DNA from: the human T2T-CHM13v2.0 reference genome, Homo sapiens
Length of the DNA: 64,000 nucleotides
Assembly (NCBI RefSeq): GCF_009914755.1
Contig: NC_060932.1
Reading direction: 5' to 3' (one strand)
The notes under the pieces are model-generated. The model made no database searches and had not been told where the DNA came from. It saw only the letters and a program-made list of their open reading frames with translations. Within the stretch, counting starts at the first letter, position 1; the number at the start of each line of letters is the position of its first letter. Made by a program: the position numbers and the translations under genes. This document shows positions 27,479 to 42,295 of this stretch, piece by piece.

Positions 27479-28349
27479 GGATCGGTGTGCTTTTCAGCTT
27501 CCACACCACACAGCACAGCAGTAACATACAGGGACTTTACTGTTGACCTTGCAACCAGCTTGTCTGGAGGGGCCTCTATGCATGTCTGTCTTCCTAGATT
27601 TTGTGACTATTTAAACTATGTGTTAAGTTGTTCCTCCTGGATGCAAACTTCTACCATGCTGTTGGATTGATTGATGTAAACTTGTCACCCACCCTGAGTT
27701 TGGCATGAAGAAACAGAAGCCTCTGGAGGAACAGAGCAGCCCACCCCAGTGAGGACAAAACTGTCCAGAATTGTCCCCAAGGTGCCTACCTCATTAATCC
27801 CAACTGTCTATGCAGTCATCATTCTGAGAATAGACATTCTTTGACATCATTAATTCTTGAGATATGTCTCTTGCATCAGCATTTGTTCATTTATCCATTC
27901 AACAAATATTTATCAAAGAAACATTGTATTCCAGACATCGTTCTAACTACTGTAACCGCTGCGGACATAGCAGCAAACTAAACAGGCAAAAAGCCCAGCC
28001 TTCATAGAACTTACATTCTGGAAGGTGAAGTCAAACAAAAACACACCCAAAATTAGAAAAATATATTTAATATGTTTAGTATACTATATTGTATACACAA
28101 TATAGTATAGGTTCTGTGGGAAAAAATAGAAAGAGGGGAGAAATTCTGAGCAGGAGTGAGATGGTTCCCATTTGAGTGAGTGCTTCAGTCCACCTCTCTG
28201 CGCTGATGACCAGTTGCCAAATCTCATTGACTTATGACAGCAATCACTCCTTGTTCACGTACTTAGGTCTCTACGTCATGTGCAGGTCTGGGTTCCCCTG
28301 GGCTTAGCTGGCTCCCACTTATCTTTTCTGCTCAGAACTCAGAGCATGA

Positions 28350-28650
28350 GGGCCACCTCTAGGGTGGCCTCCAGTGAGCCCAGCATCCTGCTTTCACAGC
28401 CTTGCGTAACTCCTCCCATTGAGGGGGAGATACACCTAGTCACTCACTTCTAATGAATGAAGAGGGCAAAAGTGATGGGCTGCCACTTCTAATTTCAATT
28501 ATACAGAGACTGTGTCTTCCGTCTTGCTTGCTGTTTCTCATTCTCTCTCTGTGTGTGTGTCTTTGCTTTGGGGGAAGCCACTGCCATGTCATGGGCTGTC
28601 CTACAGAGCCCACCTGGCAAGGAGCAGATGCTGGCCAACAGCCAGTGATG
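28350..28650 (+). mobile_element. MLT1F-like LTR fragment
   Basis: ggcaaaagtgatgggctgccacttc...ggggaagccactgccatgtc...ctggccaacagccagtga. Confidence 0.7.
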
Positions 28651-28668
28651 TTCCAAGTGTCTGGCTCA

Positions 28669-29234
<566 letters not shown>

Positions 29235-29770
29235 TCACTAAGGAGCTGTTATTATTTTGAGGGTTTTTGTTGTTGCTGTTATTTTTTTATTGATCTGATA
29301 TATTGGACATCTTTTTCATCACAGTTTTATTATTATTTTTCTTTCATGTGGAACTAGAAACACATTTGCTACTTTCTCCAAAAATCTAGTTTTTATGGTA
29401 CTCAGGCACAAGATGCTTTGGGGATCTTTGCCCTTCCTCCTTTAAAGTAAATCTCTGCTGATGCTTTTCAGAGACCCTGTTGGAGACAGGGAAGCCTGCC
29501 TTGGAGAGCAGCCACATGTGACTCAGGCAGGCTGACCTGGAGGTGGCAGAAAATGGTGGCGTTGCTCCACAAGCCAATACTCAGGATTTATAATACCAGA
29601 ACCTGTGTCCACGTCCCGGCTCTGCCACTTAACGTGCATGACGCCTTTGGCAAATCCCGTCACTTCTCTGATTAAAGTTTGCTCACCTGAAGTGGAGAAA
29701 GAAGATGGCACTGTTTGCATCTCAAAGTTCTGATAGACTTTGAATAACCTGGTATATGAAAATAACTTAA

Positions 29771-30097
<327 letters not shown>

Positions 30098-30459
30098 CTA
30101 AAGGCAATGGTATCATCATTATTAAATATGAGAAGGAGGGTGACATATTCTTGGAAAAGCATAGGATTTTGTACATATATTCTATCTTGTAATTATTACT
30201 ACTCTCAAATGATTGGCTCCCCTTTCCCAGGGACACAATTGTGCTGGGTGGGTAATGAGAGTTTGGACTCTTGAAGAAAAGAATGAAAGTTGATTCAAGG
30301 ACCCTACAACCTTTGAGATCCAACAGTGAGAGACTTCCAGGATAACCATGTGTCTAGATTATACCTAACCCTGCTCATCCCCCTTATCTTTTTCTCCCTT
30401 TTCTTTTTATTTCTTTCTCTTTTATTCTTTTGTCTCCATCCCCCTTATCCTTCTTCTCT

Positions 30460-30852
30460 TGGCAGCATGGAGGTGCACAGCTCAAGTCTCCCTTGGAGAA
30501 GGACCTTGCCTATCGGTCTGGAGGAGTGTGGTTGGCTGACAGTATCCATCCTCCGGGCTCCTCTGTACATCTGAGCTGATAGCCCAACCCAGTGGCTGAG
30601 CTAGCAGGGCCAGCGGTCTAGCCATTTGCACCCAACGTGTGGCTCCTCTTCCAGATAATCTTTGCTCCAGACTTTTCTTGGAATTGATTGAGATGCTGTT
30701 AGATCTGCCTTGAAGATGGAGGTGTTCTCAAGTCAGCTTCTTCCTTGACGTCCTCTCAGAGGTGCCAGATCTGCACTGGAGTGGATCTGAAAATTTTCCT
30801 TGTTTCTTGGGTTTTCTGACCACTAACTCCATCTCAGTCTCTGCTTACTGAC
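30460..30852 (+). mobile_element. ERVL-class LTR (LTR16/LTR33 group)
   Basis: ggcagcatggaggtgcacagctcaagtctccc...gaggagtgtggttggctgacag...taactccatctcagtctctgctt. Confidence 0.7.
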
Positions 30853-31149
30853 CTCACCCATTTTCCTTCCCTACCTTTTTTTCCTTCCTTCTCCTTTTAT
30901 TGCACAAAAACTGTGGCGCCAAACACAGGTGTGGGGCATGCAAGAAAATGCAGCCCCTCCCCTAAAGGATCTCGTCTTCTCTCAGGGTAGATAAGACACG
31001 TGTATCCATATAAACCCCAAAGGCCTTTCCTCTGCAGACATAGATTTACCAGCTCTGGAGTGAACCCAGGAATTTGTGTTGTAAACATATTCCCTGAGGA
31101 ATTGTTATAAACAGGCAATTTGGAAAATAGTTTGTGGGGGGAGGTAGGT

Positions 31150-31490
31150 AACTGCTGTCTGTGGAAAATCTAGCCCTCTGCCTGTTTGTGTAAATCAAGT
31201 TTGAAACACAGTGACACCCATTCATTGATGGGTTGGCCGTGACTGCTGTCGTGCCATAATGGCAGAGTTGAGGAATTGCCGTGGAGACCGTATGGCCCAC
31301 AAATCCTACAATATTTCCTATTTGGCTTTTTGCATAAAATGTTTGCTGACCTCTTCTCTAAGGCAGTAGTTTTCAACCTTGGCAATAGAATCACCTTCAC
31401 CTGGGGAAACATTTAAGCTTCCCATGACTAGAATGGACCCAGACAATTAAATCAGAATCTTGGTAGCTGGGACCCAGGCATCAACCCTGG
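31150..31490. mobile_element. MER58A-like MITE followed by a MER5-like fragment
   Basis: gagaccgtatggcccacaaatcctacaatatttcctatttggc...gtttgctgacc; then cagtagttttcaaccttggc..tagaatcacc. Confidence 0.75.
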
Positions 31491-31526
31491 ACATAGCATG
31501 TTTGAGATCTCAGATTAATACAGCAT

Positions 31527-31975
31527 GCGGTCAAGCGTGAGAATTGGGAAACTGAATATATGAATGGACAGTGGCCAGACCCCACACAACAGAACTCTGA
31601 CTGGCAACCTCTGCAGCAACCCCCCTGGGAAGCCAAGCCACAACCTCTGAAGCAACCATCCCTAAACTGTCAGGACCACCAGATCCTCTAATTTTTGCCC
31701 CCATTTCCAACTCAGGACTGACCAGACAAAGCCAAATATGGTCCCCAAACCAATCACACAGGATGCCCCGCTCCTGCTCAGTGGCCTCCTTCTCCCTCAC
31801 ACCCACAGCCTCCAGCAGGAGCACACCTGCAGCCTTCTCCTTTTCCCACGACCAAGGGTTCCCACTCCCCTGCTTGCCAAATGCAAGTGATAGTGGCCGC
31901 CTCTCTCACTCTCGCAAGCTTTGGATGTGCGGCCTCTGCTTGCTCTCCTCTGGGTGGTCTTCATGTGTTTCTACA
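31527..31975 (+). mobile_element. ERV1 solo LTR (MER67/LTR47-like)
   Basis: gaatggacagtggccagacc...agaactctgac...ctgcagcaacc...aaaccaatcacacaggatgcccc; subfamily uncertain. Confidence 0.6.
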
Positions 31976-32219
31976 GCGCTGCTGTTCCAAGGGTATCCCT
32001 TAGGCCTCCAGTGCAGGGACCATGCATGCTGGAGAAGTCCTTGCTTCTAGAGAGTGAAGAGTCTCCAGTATCCAGATCAAGGAAGGCTGGGACCACTGCT
32101 GAGGGACGAACTCAGAAGGCAAGTTTAAGACTTAAAGAGAAGGTGCAAGGTGTCCTTCCCCTATTGTCTGGCCCAGAATTTCAGAGTGTCAGGAAACAAG
32201 CTCAAGAATATTCCTTCAA

Positions 32220-32533
32220 GGCCAGGTGCAGTCGCTCACGCCTGTAATCCCAGCACAGCACTTTGGGAGGCCGAGGCAGGTGGATCACTTGAGGTCAGGA
32301 GTTCAAGACCAGTCTGGCCAACATAGTGAAACCCCATCTCTACTAAAAATAAAAAAAAAAAAAAATAACCAAGAATGGTGGCATGTGCCTGTGGTCCTTG
32401 CTACTCAGGAGGCTGAGGCATGAGAATTGTTTGAACCTGGAAGGCAGAGGTTACAGTGCAGTGAGCCAAGATAACGCCACTGCAACTCCAGCCTGGGTGT
32501 CAGAGCAAGACTCTGTCTCAAAAAAAAACAAAT
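32220..32533 (+). mobile_element. AluS/J
   Basis: Full Alu; diverged TSD gaatattccttc / gaatatttcttc. Confidence 0.93.
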
Positions 32534-33874
32534 GAATATTTCTTCTACTGGGGTCAGGGAGGACTAATGACGTGGGCCAGCACTGTGAAGAAAGCCCACC
32601 ATGTTCTGCATCTTTATCCCAGTGCAGAAGCAGAGTGATGTGGGCAGAAGAGAGAGCAGCAACTCCAGGTTGGGCATCCCTCACAGGAGGGTCAGCACCT
32701 CCAGGTTGGGCATTCCGCACAGGAGGATCAGTTACACTGTCAGGTGGGGGAAGGGCTGGTCAGCTGGGACCTCAGGGAGGGGTGGAGACATCATCTCGGG
32801 ATGGAAAATGAGACCAGGCACAGATCACCGAGCAGTGGGAGGCAGCCCGGCATTCCTTTGCCAACTTCTTTTTCCAAGGGGATGATGATACTCTACATAC
32901 TGAAGTCATTTTCTCAGAATTTAATCTGGACCACAGAGTCTCCCGGAAGTGACTTGGTCAGTGTCCAGGGAGCCGGGGAGAAATGGAACGGGAAGATGTT
33001 TAAAAAGTAGCAGCCAGGTGTTTGCAGGAACAGGACCCAGGAGCAACAGAGCAGGTGCAGAACTCTGGCTGCAGGCATGTATTTGTCTCACCTCCTGTCC
33101 CTTAGCTTTCCCCAGGCCCACACCCTGGAGAGTTCATAGCCCCCCTCCACCCCAACCATTCGGTGCGTTTTGATCTCAACTCCCTGGAGAGAGACTCACT
33201 GTGGCTATAGTGGAGAAAAGGTGGAGAACTGACAGTGGAGAACTGACAGCTGGAGAACAGGCTGTGGCTATAGTGCCAAGACTCAGCAGCTTTAGGAACT
33301 TCTTGAGTGACAACTGAACTTGCCCAGAGGGCATGTGCATGTTAACAAGGGTGGAAGACAATGCCCTGAGCCAAATAAAAGAATTGTAAGCAGTCTGAGT
33401 TCAGGTCTTATGGGATGAGAGGGTTTTGTTGTGCAGCACTTTACAATGCTCAGATCACACTGGTTATTCACCAACAGCTCTACCTGTCAAGAGGGCAGAA
33501 GGCCGGCGCTCACTGACTACTTGCTCTGTGGGTGGCACAGTGCTAAGCTTTTAAACATATATGATTAGCAAGATTTATCTTATTCAAACTTTACAACAGT
33601 CTTCTGAGGTAAATCTTAAGGAATCCCGATATTCAGATGAGAAGCAAGCATCGGTGGTTAAGTGACTTTCCTGGAGTCACCGGGCCATAGTGGAACTGGA
33701 ATTGGGCCCCAGGTCTGGCTTCCAGGGCGCCCATGCTTTCTCCTTTCTAAGCTTGCTGCAAAACTTCCTGAACTCAGAGATGCAGACCAGAAATGCAAGT
33801 TCTGGAGGCTCCACCCCTGGGGCTCTGATTCCAGTCGGGGAGTGATGAGCACCAGCCAGTTGCCTCCAGGCGGC

Positions 33875-34260
33875 TGCTTAGGTCCAGCTCCTGGAAGCAG
33901 AAGCGGGCTCAGGTGGAAACAGGTGAGGAGACTTACCGGCGAGAGTTCTCAGGGCCATCACCTAGGGCGAGGATAGGACGCAGGTCAGGCTGTAAGTCAC
34001 GGCAAGGCCTCAGTGGCGATTAATGGAAGCTCTGAAGCTGAGGCCACCCTTCAGAATTGGCCTGAGTTGAAAGGAGGGAGCCGGAGCTCTATACAGCTCC
34101 TTGAGCAACCACTGGGTTGAGTCGCCCTGGAAGGTGGGAGATAAGACGCACAGCCAGGTAGCTCTCTTCAGCGGAGGCGGTCCCAAAAGGGGCTAAGGGT
34201 GGAGAACTGTTAGCCACCCGCCTCCCGGCAGCTGGTGAAATACACCCTTGCATGCTGACC
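33875..34260 (-). mobile_element. LTR33-like ERVL LTR
   Basis: gaagctctgaagctgaggccacccttcagaattg...gctctcttcagcggaggc...ctcccggcagctgg. Confidence 0.65.
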
Positions 34261-34415
34261 CTTTAATGATGAAGAGCCATTAATGCTGTGGATACACAGC
34301 GTTCACAACAGGAGCTCTGTATAAAATCCACAGAAACCATGTCTGAAGTCACGGGAGTCCCGCCGAACAACCGTTCACAGATCCACCTTCATGGTTCTCA
34401 CCGGTGGTTTATGAG

Positions 34416-34433
34416 TGCCAGTAGGGGGCAGCA
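34416..34433 (+). promoter_or_regulatory. Consensus CTCF-binding motif
   Basis: TG-CCAGTAGGGGGCAG-CA matches the CTCF core CCASYAGRKGGCRS at every position; occupancy unknown. Confidence 0.65.
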
Positions 34434-34579
34434 AAGAGCTTCTCAGGTGCTGTTACCCTACTGTACTGAGTTGCTGGAGCAAGAGCCTGGAGCAAGCACC
34501 ACCTGGGAAGGAATTGCTGGGTGCCAGAAATGCAAGCGAGCCCAAGACTCCACCATCATTAGCAAAATCTGACAGTAAA

Positions 34580-35635
34580 TAGGTAGGTAGGACGCAGATC
34601 ACAAGGAACGTATGTCATGCAAAGAAGCTGGGTGTTACTCTAGAGCTGATGGGAAGCCCCTGAGTGGTTTTCAGCCTGGGAAGTGATGCATTTGATGTGT
34701 TTTAGGAAGCTTGTTCTGTCTTCAGGGAGGATGCAGGCAATGGGAATGCAGAGGGTGCCTTATTAGGGGGTGCCATTTCTTTGCAGCCATGCAACAAATT
34801 ACTTAACCTCACTATCCAGGCCTGAAAAATTGCGAGGAGGTAACAGTGTCCACATTACAGAGCTCCCATGCCAATTAAGAGGAATAAGCTATATAAAATG
34901 CTTAGCACAATTCTTGATAAATAATGCCTACTCACTAAACCTTGTTAGAGTGATTATTTTCATTATATTTAAAGATTTAATCAAGAGACTGTGGTTACAG
35001 ATTGGATGTAAGGAGAGGAGGATGGCAAGGCCATTCATGGACACCAGACATGAAAGCGGAGGTTTGCAGGGAGAGGAGGAACCCCAGGAGGCAGACAAGT
35101 CTGGGGCCCCCTGCCTGAGTGAGGATGGAGATATTGGGATCTGAGAATCAACAGTGTAGTGGAAGAAACTATACCAAGAGGGATGCATGAGGTCCCCCCA
35201 GGAAATAACCAGACAAAAGAGTAAGCATGCACTCCAAACAGCTTCAGAATGGAAAAGGACTGAAGAAGAAATTGCAGGCGATGCTGACATTTTAAGGGTG
35301 TTAAGGCATGAGAGGAGCAGCCCCTGGTGGAGAATATAAAGGAGGCCAGGCAGGTATAGGAACAACAGGGGAGAGCAACAACCCAGATGCCAGGAGAGCT
35401 GGGTTTTCAAGGAGAAAGTAGCTGGCAAAGAGTCCAGTGCAGCACAGATGTCAGGCAAGATGGGTCTGGGGAGGGGAAGGAATGGACAGCTTTTCTAGAA
35501 CAACACTAGTGAGGGCAGAGGGCCAACCACAGTGAGCCGAGGAGCTCAAGCTGGAGAGGCAGCAGACAGTCATATGTGGGTGGTAAGGTGGGCAGCCTAC
35601 AGGTTTTATTAAGTAGGCAGTGTAGAAGGACAAAC
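34580..35635 (-). mobile_element. L2 remnant with an embedded MIR (~34780-34950)
   Basis: gatgggaagcccctgagtggttttcagcctgggaagtga...acagattggatgtaagg...tttcaaggagaaagtagctggc. Confidence 0.65.
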
Positions 35636-35659
35636 ATGGATAAATCGAGATATGTGATT

Positions 35660-35703
35660 GATAGATAGATGATAGATAGATGATGATAGATAGATAGATA
35701 GAT

Positions 35704-35746
<43 letters not shown>
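35660..35746. repeat. (GATA)n tetranucleotide STR, interrupted; longest pure run 10 units
   Basis: Directly visible. Confidence 0.97.
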
Positions 35747-36336
35747 CAGACTACAGCTTAAGTCCCACTTGTCAACTCTGTCTTCTAAGCACTTACCTAT
35801 ATTATCTCATTTAATAATTTGGGATGTGTATTGTTATCCCTGTTTTAAAAACAAGGAGAGTCTGGGTGCAGAGAGATTACAGGAGTTGCCCAAGATTACC
35901 CACTAGGAAGCGGTAGACCCAGGCATCAAATCCAGGCAGTCTGACTCCCTTTTAAGATATCTGAAGGCTTTATCTTAGGTATCATTATTTAGTGATGGCA
36001 TGTAGGGAGGACTGGTGGTGAGTAACCTAGAGATGGGGGATGAGAAGGAGTGAAGGGACTGAAGAAAGAGGTAAAGGCCAGAATTTGAAGTGGTCCCAAG
36101 AGCAAAGTAGATGTTACTCAAGAACAAGGCAGCCTGGGGTGATTGAGTGTGTTTATTCTGCCTGGCTAAGTGTTGTAGAAAATTGTAATGGAATAAATAA
36201 AATATTTAGAAAAGCATTGAGGTGAGAAACGATTCATATAGCGTGATTTATTTTGTAAGTAAAGGTGAGCATATATAAATATGCAACCACATAGTTGCTT
36301 ATATAGAGAGAATACTCCTGAAAAGATACAAGAACT

Positions 36337-36653
36337 GGCTAGGTGCGGTGGCTCACGCCTGTAATCCCAGCACTTTGGGAGACCAAGGTGGGCGGATCAC
36401 CTGAGGTCAGGAATTCAAGACCAGCCTGGCCAAAACATGGAGAAACCCCATCTCTACTAAAAATACAAAAATTAGCCAGGCGTGGTGGTGGGTGCCTGTA
36501 GTCCCAGCTACTTGGAAGGCTGAGGCAGGAGAACCGCTTGAACCCAGGAGGCAGAGGTTGCAGTGAGCCAAGATCCTTTGCACCATTGCACTTCAGCCTG
36601 GGCTACAAGAGCAAAACTCCGTCTCAAAAAAAAAAAAAAAGATAAAAAGATAG
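36337..36653 (+). mobile_element. AluSq/Sp-like
   Basis: Full Alu; TSD gaaaagatacaag(g)aact. Confidence 0.95.
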
Positions 36654-36765
36654 AAAAGATACAAGGAACTGAAGAGAGGAACTGGGATTAGGAATCAGAA
36701 GGAGGAAATCTCACTTTCTACTACATCAACTCTTATGTTTTTGATATTTTAGAATCATAAGTATA

Positions 36766-37101
<336 letters not shown>

Positions 37102-37753
37102 TTATAAAATTTTAAACATAAATATAGAAAATAATAATATAATAAACTCGTGTCCATCAGCCACCTTTACCAAACATCTGTATTTGTGGGTATATACATT
37201 GTTTCATATGTTAAAAAATGAAACAGATAGAACAGAACCTTCCTTTGTATCTTCTCCATATTCTGATTTTATACCCCCCATCTATCAGTAAGTCACTATC
37301 CTATATTTGATCCTTATCATTCCCCTGTATTTTTCATACTAAGTCTCTCTATATTATAGCTATGACTATATATGTGTATCTATATATCAGCATGGTTTAA
37401 AACTTTATAAAATAGTATCCTATAGATCCTGTCATTCTGTAACTTGCTATTTTCATTCAAAAAGTGTTTGCAATATATCCAAGTGGATACATGTAGATCT
37501 AATTCACTTTTCATGGCTGTATGATTCTATTTTATGAGTATATTATACAATTATATAATTATACATTTCCTGGTTTTGGCTTTTAGGTTGTCATTTTTCA
37601 AAAATAAAAATAATCATGTATACTCTTCTCTATGTCTCCATATGCACATGTGTCCCTGTGATTTATACACAGTTACAGAATTGGTGATGTGAAATTATGG
37701 GCATCTTCAACATTACTATACAGCTCCAGGTTTTCTGTCATCAACTGTCATGA

Positions 37754-38118
<365 letters not shown>

Positions 38119-38425
38119 TGGCTTTAATTCACTTTTCTCTGATTACCAGTAAAATTGTGTACCTTGTTTCATAAGCTTCTTGTTATCTAGTGAATTGCTA
38201 GTGAATTGCCATCTAGTGACATTGCTTGCTTATATCTTTTTGTCATTTTTCTCCATTCAGTCTTTGTCTTTTTCACATTGATTTGAAGGAGGTATTTATT
38301 CATCCTAGGTACTAATACTTTTACCACATATATCTTCTCCCAGTTGGTAACTTGCCTTTATTTTTTTAATTTTCTTTATGGTTTTATATTACACAAAAAA
38401 ACCTTTTAAGTTTAATTTGCTAAGG

Positions 38426-38892
38426 TTTATTGATCTTTTCCTTCATAATCTGTATTTGTTTATTGTCTTGTTTAAGACTTTTTTCTTATCTATAGAGTTA
38501 CAAATATATTTTCCTAAATGTTATTCTAGAAGTTTTTTTGACTTTTTATTTGGGTCTTTCACATACTTGTAATTAATTTCTTTATTGATCTTTTCCTTCA
38601 TAATCTGTATTTGTTTATTGTCTTGTTTAAGACTTTTTTTCTTATCTATAGAGTTACAAATATATTTTCCTAAATGTTATTCTAGAAGTTTTTTTGACTT
38701 TTTATTTGGGTCTTTCACATACTTGTAATTAATTTCTTTGTTGATCTTTTCCTTCATAATCTGTATTTGTTTATTGTCTTGTTTAAGACTTTTTTTCTTA
38801 TCTATAGAGTTACAAATATATTTTCCTAAATGTTATTCTAGAAGTTTTTTTGACTTTTTATTTGGGTCTTTCACATACTTGTAATTAATTTC
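38426..38892. repeat. Tandem array, 3 x 155-156 bp, near-identical
   Basis: Units 38426-38580, 38581-38736, 38737-38892. Confidence 0.97.
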
Positions 38893-39754
38893 TGGACATG
38901 CTGCAAATAAAGAATCTATTTTTGCATGTATAAAAGTAATAACTTTAGCACCATCTTTTCCTAATACATTTTTAATGATAGCTCTCTGATATATCAAATA
39001 TATCTCTATTCTGATCCTTTGGCCTATTTTCCTATCCCTATGCTAATAGCACATCATCCTAATTGCCCCATCTTTGTAATAAGGTTTGATATCTGACACT
39101 TTGGGCCTTCTCTTTCATCTATATTTTAGATGCAGCTTAAATTAGAAGGGGAAAAAGTTTAGTTATTTGTAGTGGAATTTTATTAAAATTTTAGATTAGT
39201 GATGACAGGAATCTTATTATAGTCAATCTACTCTTCCATGAACATAGTACATATCACCATTTATTCTGTCTTCTCCTATATCCTTTAATAATGTGTCAGA
39301 ATTTTCTACATGAAGGCCTTGCATATTTTGTTAGATTTTCCATATTGTCTAACCAAATGGGTAGGGTTTTTTTTTTTGGTTTTGCCATTACAGCTTCTAA
39401 GTTGTTATTATTATAGTTAAGCCATTGATTTATGAGAGTTTATATTGAATCTAGCAACCATGATCCAGTAAACTTGCATCCAGCACCTCTTTGATTTTCC
39501 TATTTTTCTGTATATTTATATTCTCTTAGATTCTCTATGTAGATAACCTTATTAATATTTGTAAATATGGATAATTTTCTCTCTTCCTTTGTAATTCTCA
39601 TGTATCCCAGTTCTTATTCTCTTATTTTACTGTGCTAATTAGGACCTCTAGTAAAATGTAAATTAGATATGTTCATAGGAAGTATTTAGTTCTGTTTTAA
39701 TATAATTAAAATGCTTCTAATGGCTCACCACAAGTACAATCCTTACTATAATAA

Positions 39755-40369
<615 letters not shown>

Positions 40370-41116
40370 AGTTAGTACTTTTTAGCCAACAGGGGCTTCC
40401 TCTTGTTACTATTTTTTTCAAAGAGTTGTTATAAATTAATCTTGAATAAAATTCAGAACTTTTTTTATGCCAAATGATACAACCAAATCTTTTCTGGGCT
40501 TAGATATATTAAGGTGTAGAATTATTTTAATGAATGTTCTAGTTCCAGTGTTAAACCATTTTTGTATTTCTGGAATAAGACGTTGCCACTTAAGATTTAT
40601 TTAAAATAATGACAGCCAATTATCTTTATCTATTAATATATAGGGTTATATCAACAGCCTTTCTATGTAAGTGTTTTCTAAGAAGTATCATTTGTCTTCA
40701 GGATCAAACTGCATATCTAATCATCTCCTTCCATGATTTAAAATATTTCAGTGGCTCTCTATTGTTACAATAGAAAAGATTATTTCCTGTACATGCAAAC
40801 TTCTTCATGACTTGATCCCCACATTGTATCTCTGAATTTTCTGCTTATCTCTGGCTCCTTTTCTTTGCTTATTGAGTCTAACCTGTCACCAAAGCCTGTT
40901 ACCTTTCCCTTATAATGTATCATTTCAATATATTTGTGTGTGTGTGTGTGCGTGTGTGTCCCCTCCTCTGTCTAGATCTACAATCAGTTGTTTAGTTTCG
41001 CCTCAAGAATCTCTCATCCAGATTGTTTTGATGGGCTTCTAAATGATTATCCAGAGTGATGTTGTAAAGCACAAATTCGTTTATGTCACTCACATTTTCA
41101 AAATCCTTCAGTTGAC

Positions 41117-41322
41117 TGTGTGCTGACATTTGCTCATACTGGCTTCAGAGAGTCCATTGTTAATATTTAGGAATTTTGCAAGCCAGTTGTTAAATTGATG
41201 TTAGCCTGAAATTGGCTGTGGTGAGACAATTTAGGAAAAAAAAATAGCAAATTCTGCAAATCAGTGATTTCTTTTTTTGTTTGTTTGTTTGTTTTTTGAG
41301 AGGCAGTTTTCTAGCTCACCAT
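41117..41322. mobile_element. MER63-like hAT MITE
   Basis: gtgtgctg...ctcatactggcttcagagagtccattgttaatatttaggaattttgcaagccagttgttaaa. Confidence 0.7.
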
Positions 41323-41744
41323 TTACTCATGAGATGAAGGACATAGCCCCATAAACAAGTTTCTACTTTGTGTCCTAGTCAACTTACAGTTTCCAGAGCT
41401 TTTCTACTTCCTTATTTTGTACTATCTCACTTCTGGTTGTAATTCACTTCCTTTCTCCACCCCATATGCTCCCTTGCCTGAACCCAGTTCAATGTTCATC
41501 CCCTACGGAAACACCTACAAGATCCCTTTTTCCTGCACTTCTACGACAAGCACTTATTCTACAATAGCCTAGTCATTGGTTTCTGGTTCTGTATTGTCCT
41601 TAATATGCAAGCTCCACAAAGCCACGCACTCCTATTCTTCATCTATTTGTTGCCCCATAGTTAACATACTGTCTGGAACATGACAAGTGGTACATAAACG
41701 TTGGCCAAATAAGAAAGGAATAAAAAATATATCTTCCCACTTTC

Positions 41745-42049
41745 AGCCAGGCACGGTGGCTCATGCCTGTAATCCCAGCACTTTGGGAGGCCTAGGAGGG
41801 CGGATCATGTGGTCAGGAGTTCGAGACCAGCATGGCCAACATGGTGAAACCCCGTCTCTACTAAAAATACAAAAATTAGCTGGGTGTGGTGGCGGGCACC
41901 TGTAATCCCAGCTGCTCAGGAGGCTGAGGCAGCATAATCATTTGAACCCAGGAAGTGGAGGTTGCCGTGAGCCAAAATCACACCATTGCACTCCAGCCTG
42001 GGCGACAGGGTGAGGCTCTGTCTCAAAATACATATATATATATATATGT
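41745..42049 (+). mobile_element. AluSg-like with (TA)n tail
   Basis: TSD tatatcttccc(a/g)cttt. Confidence 0.95.
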
Positions 42050-42295
42050 GTATATCTTCCCGCTTTTTAAAGTATTCATGTTTCCTTCATGCTCATAAGG
42101 AGAACTGTAGCATGGCACAACTTCTAATTCTGTCCTCAACCACAAAGCGGAACTGGTCAATCGACCCCAAATCCAGAGAATATTCACTCATCCAGAAGGA
42201 GCCAAACAAAACAGGAATTCTTATTTTTCTTCCCATCTGACTGGAGAGAGCTGGAGAAAGTTACTGGAACAAAATTGTTGAAAGTGGTTGCTCTT

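Noticed and set aside
29533-29550. CTCF-like gaCCTGGAGGTGGCAGa
   Set aside because: Two mismatches in the core; such matches are common by chance.
38426-38892. Repeat arrays (also 32657-32731 and 60288-60433) considered as CRISPR-like
   Set aside because: Head-to-tail duplications with no unique spacers, no cas genes, and a primate context.
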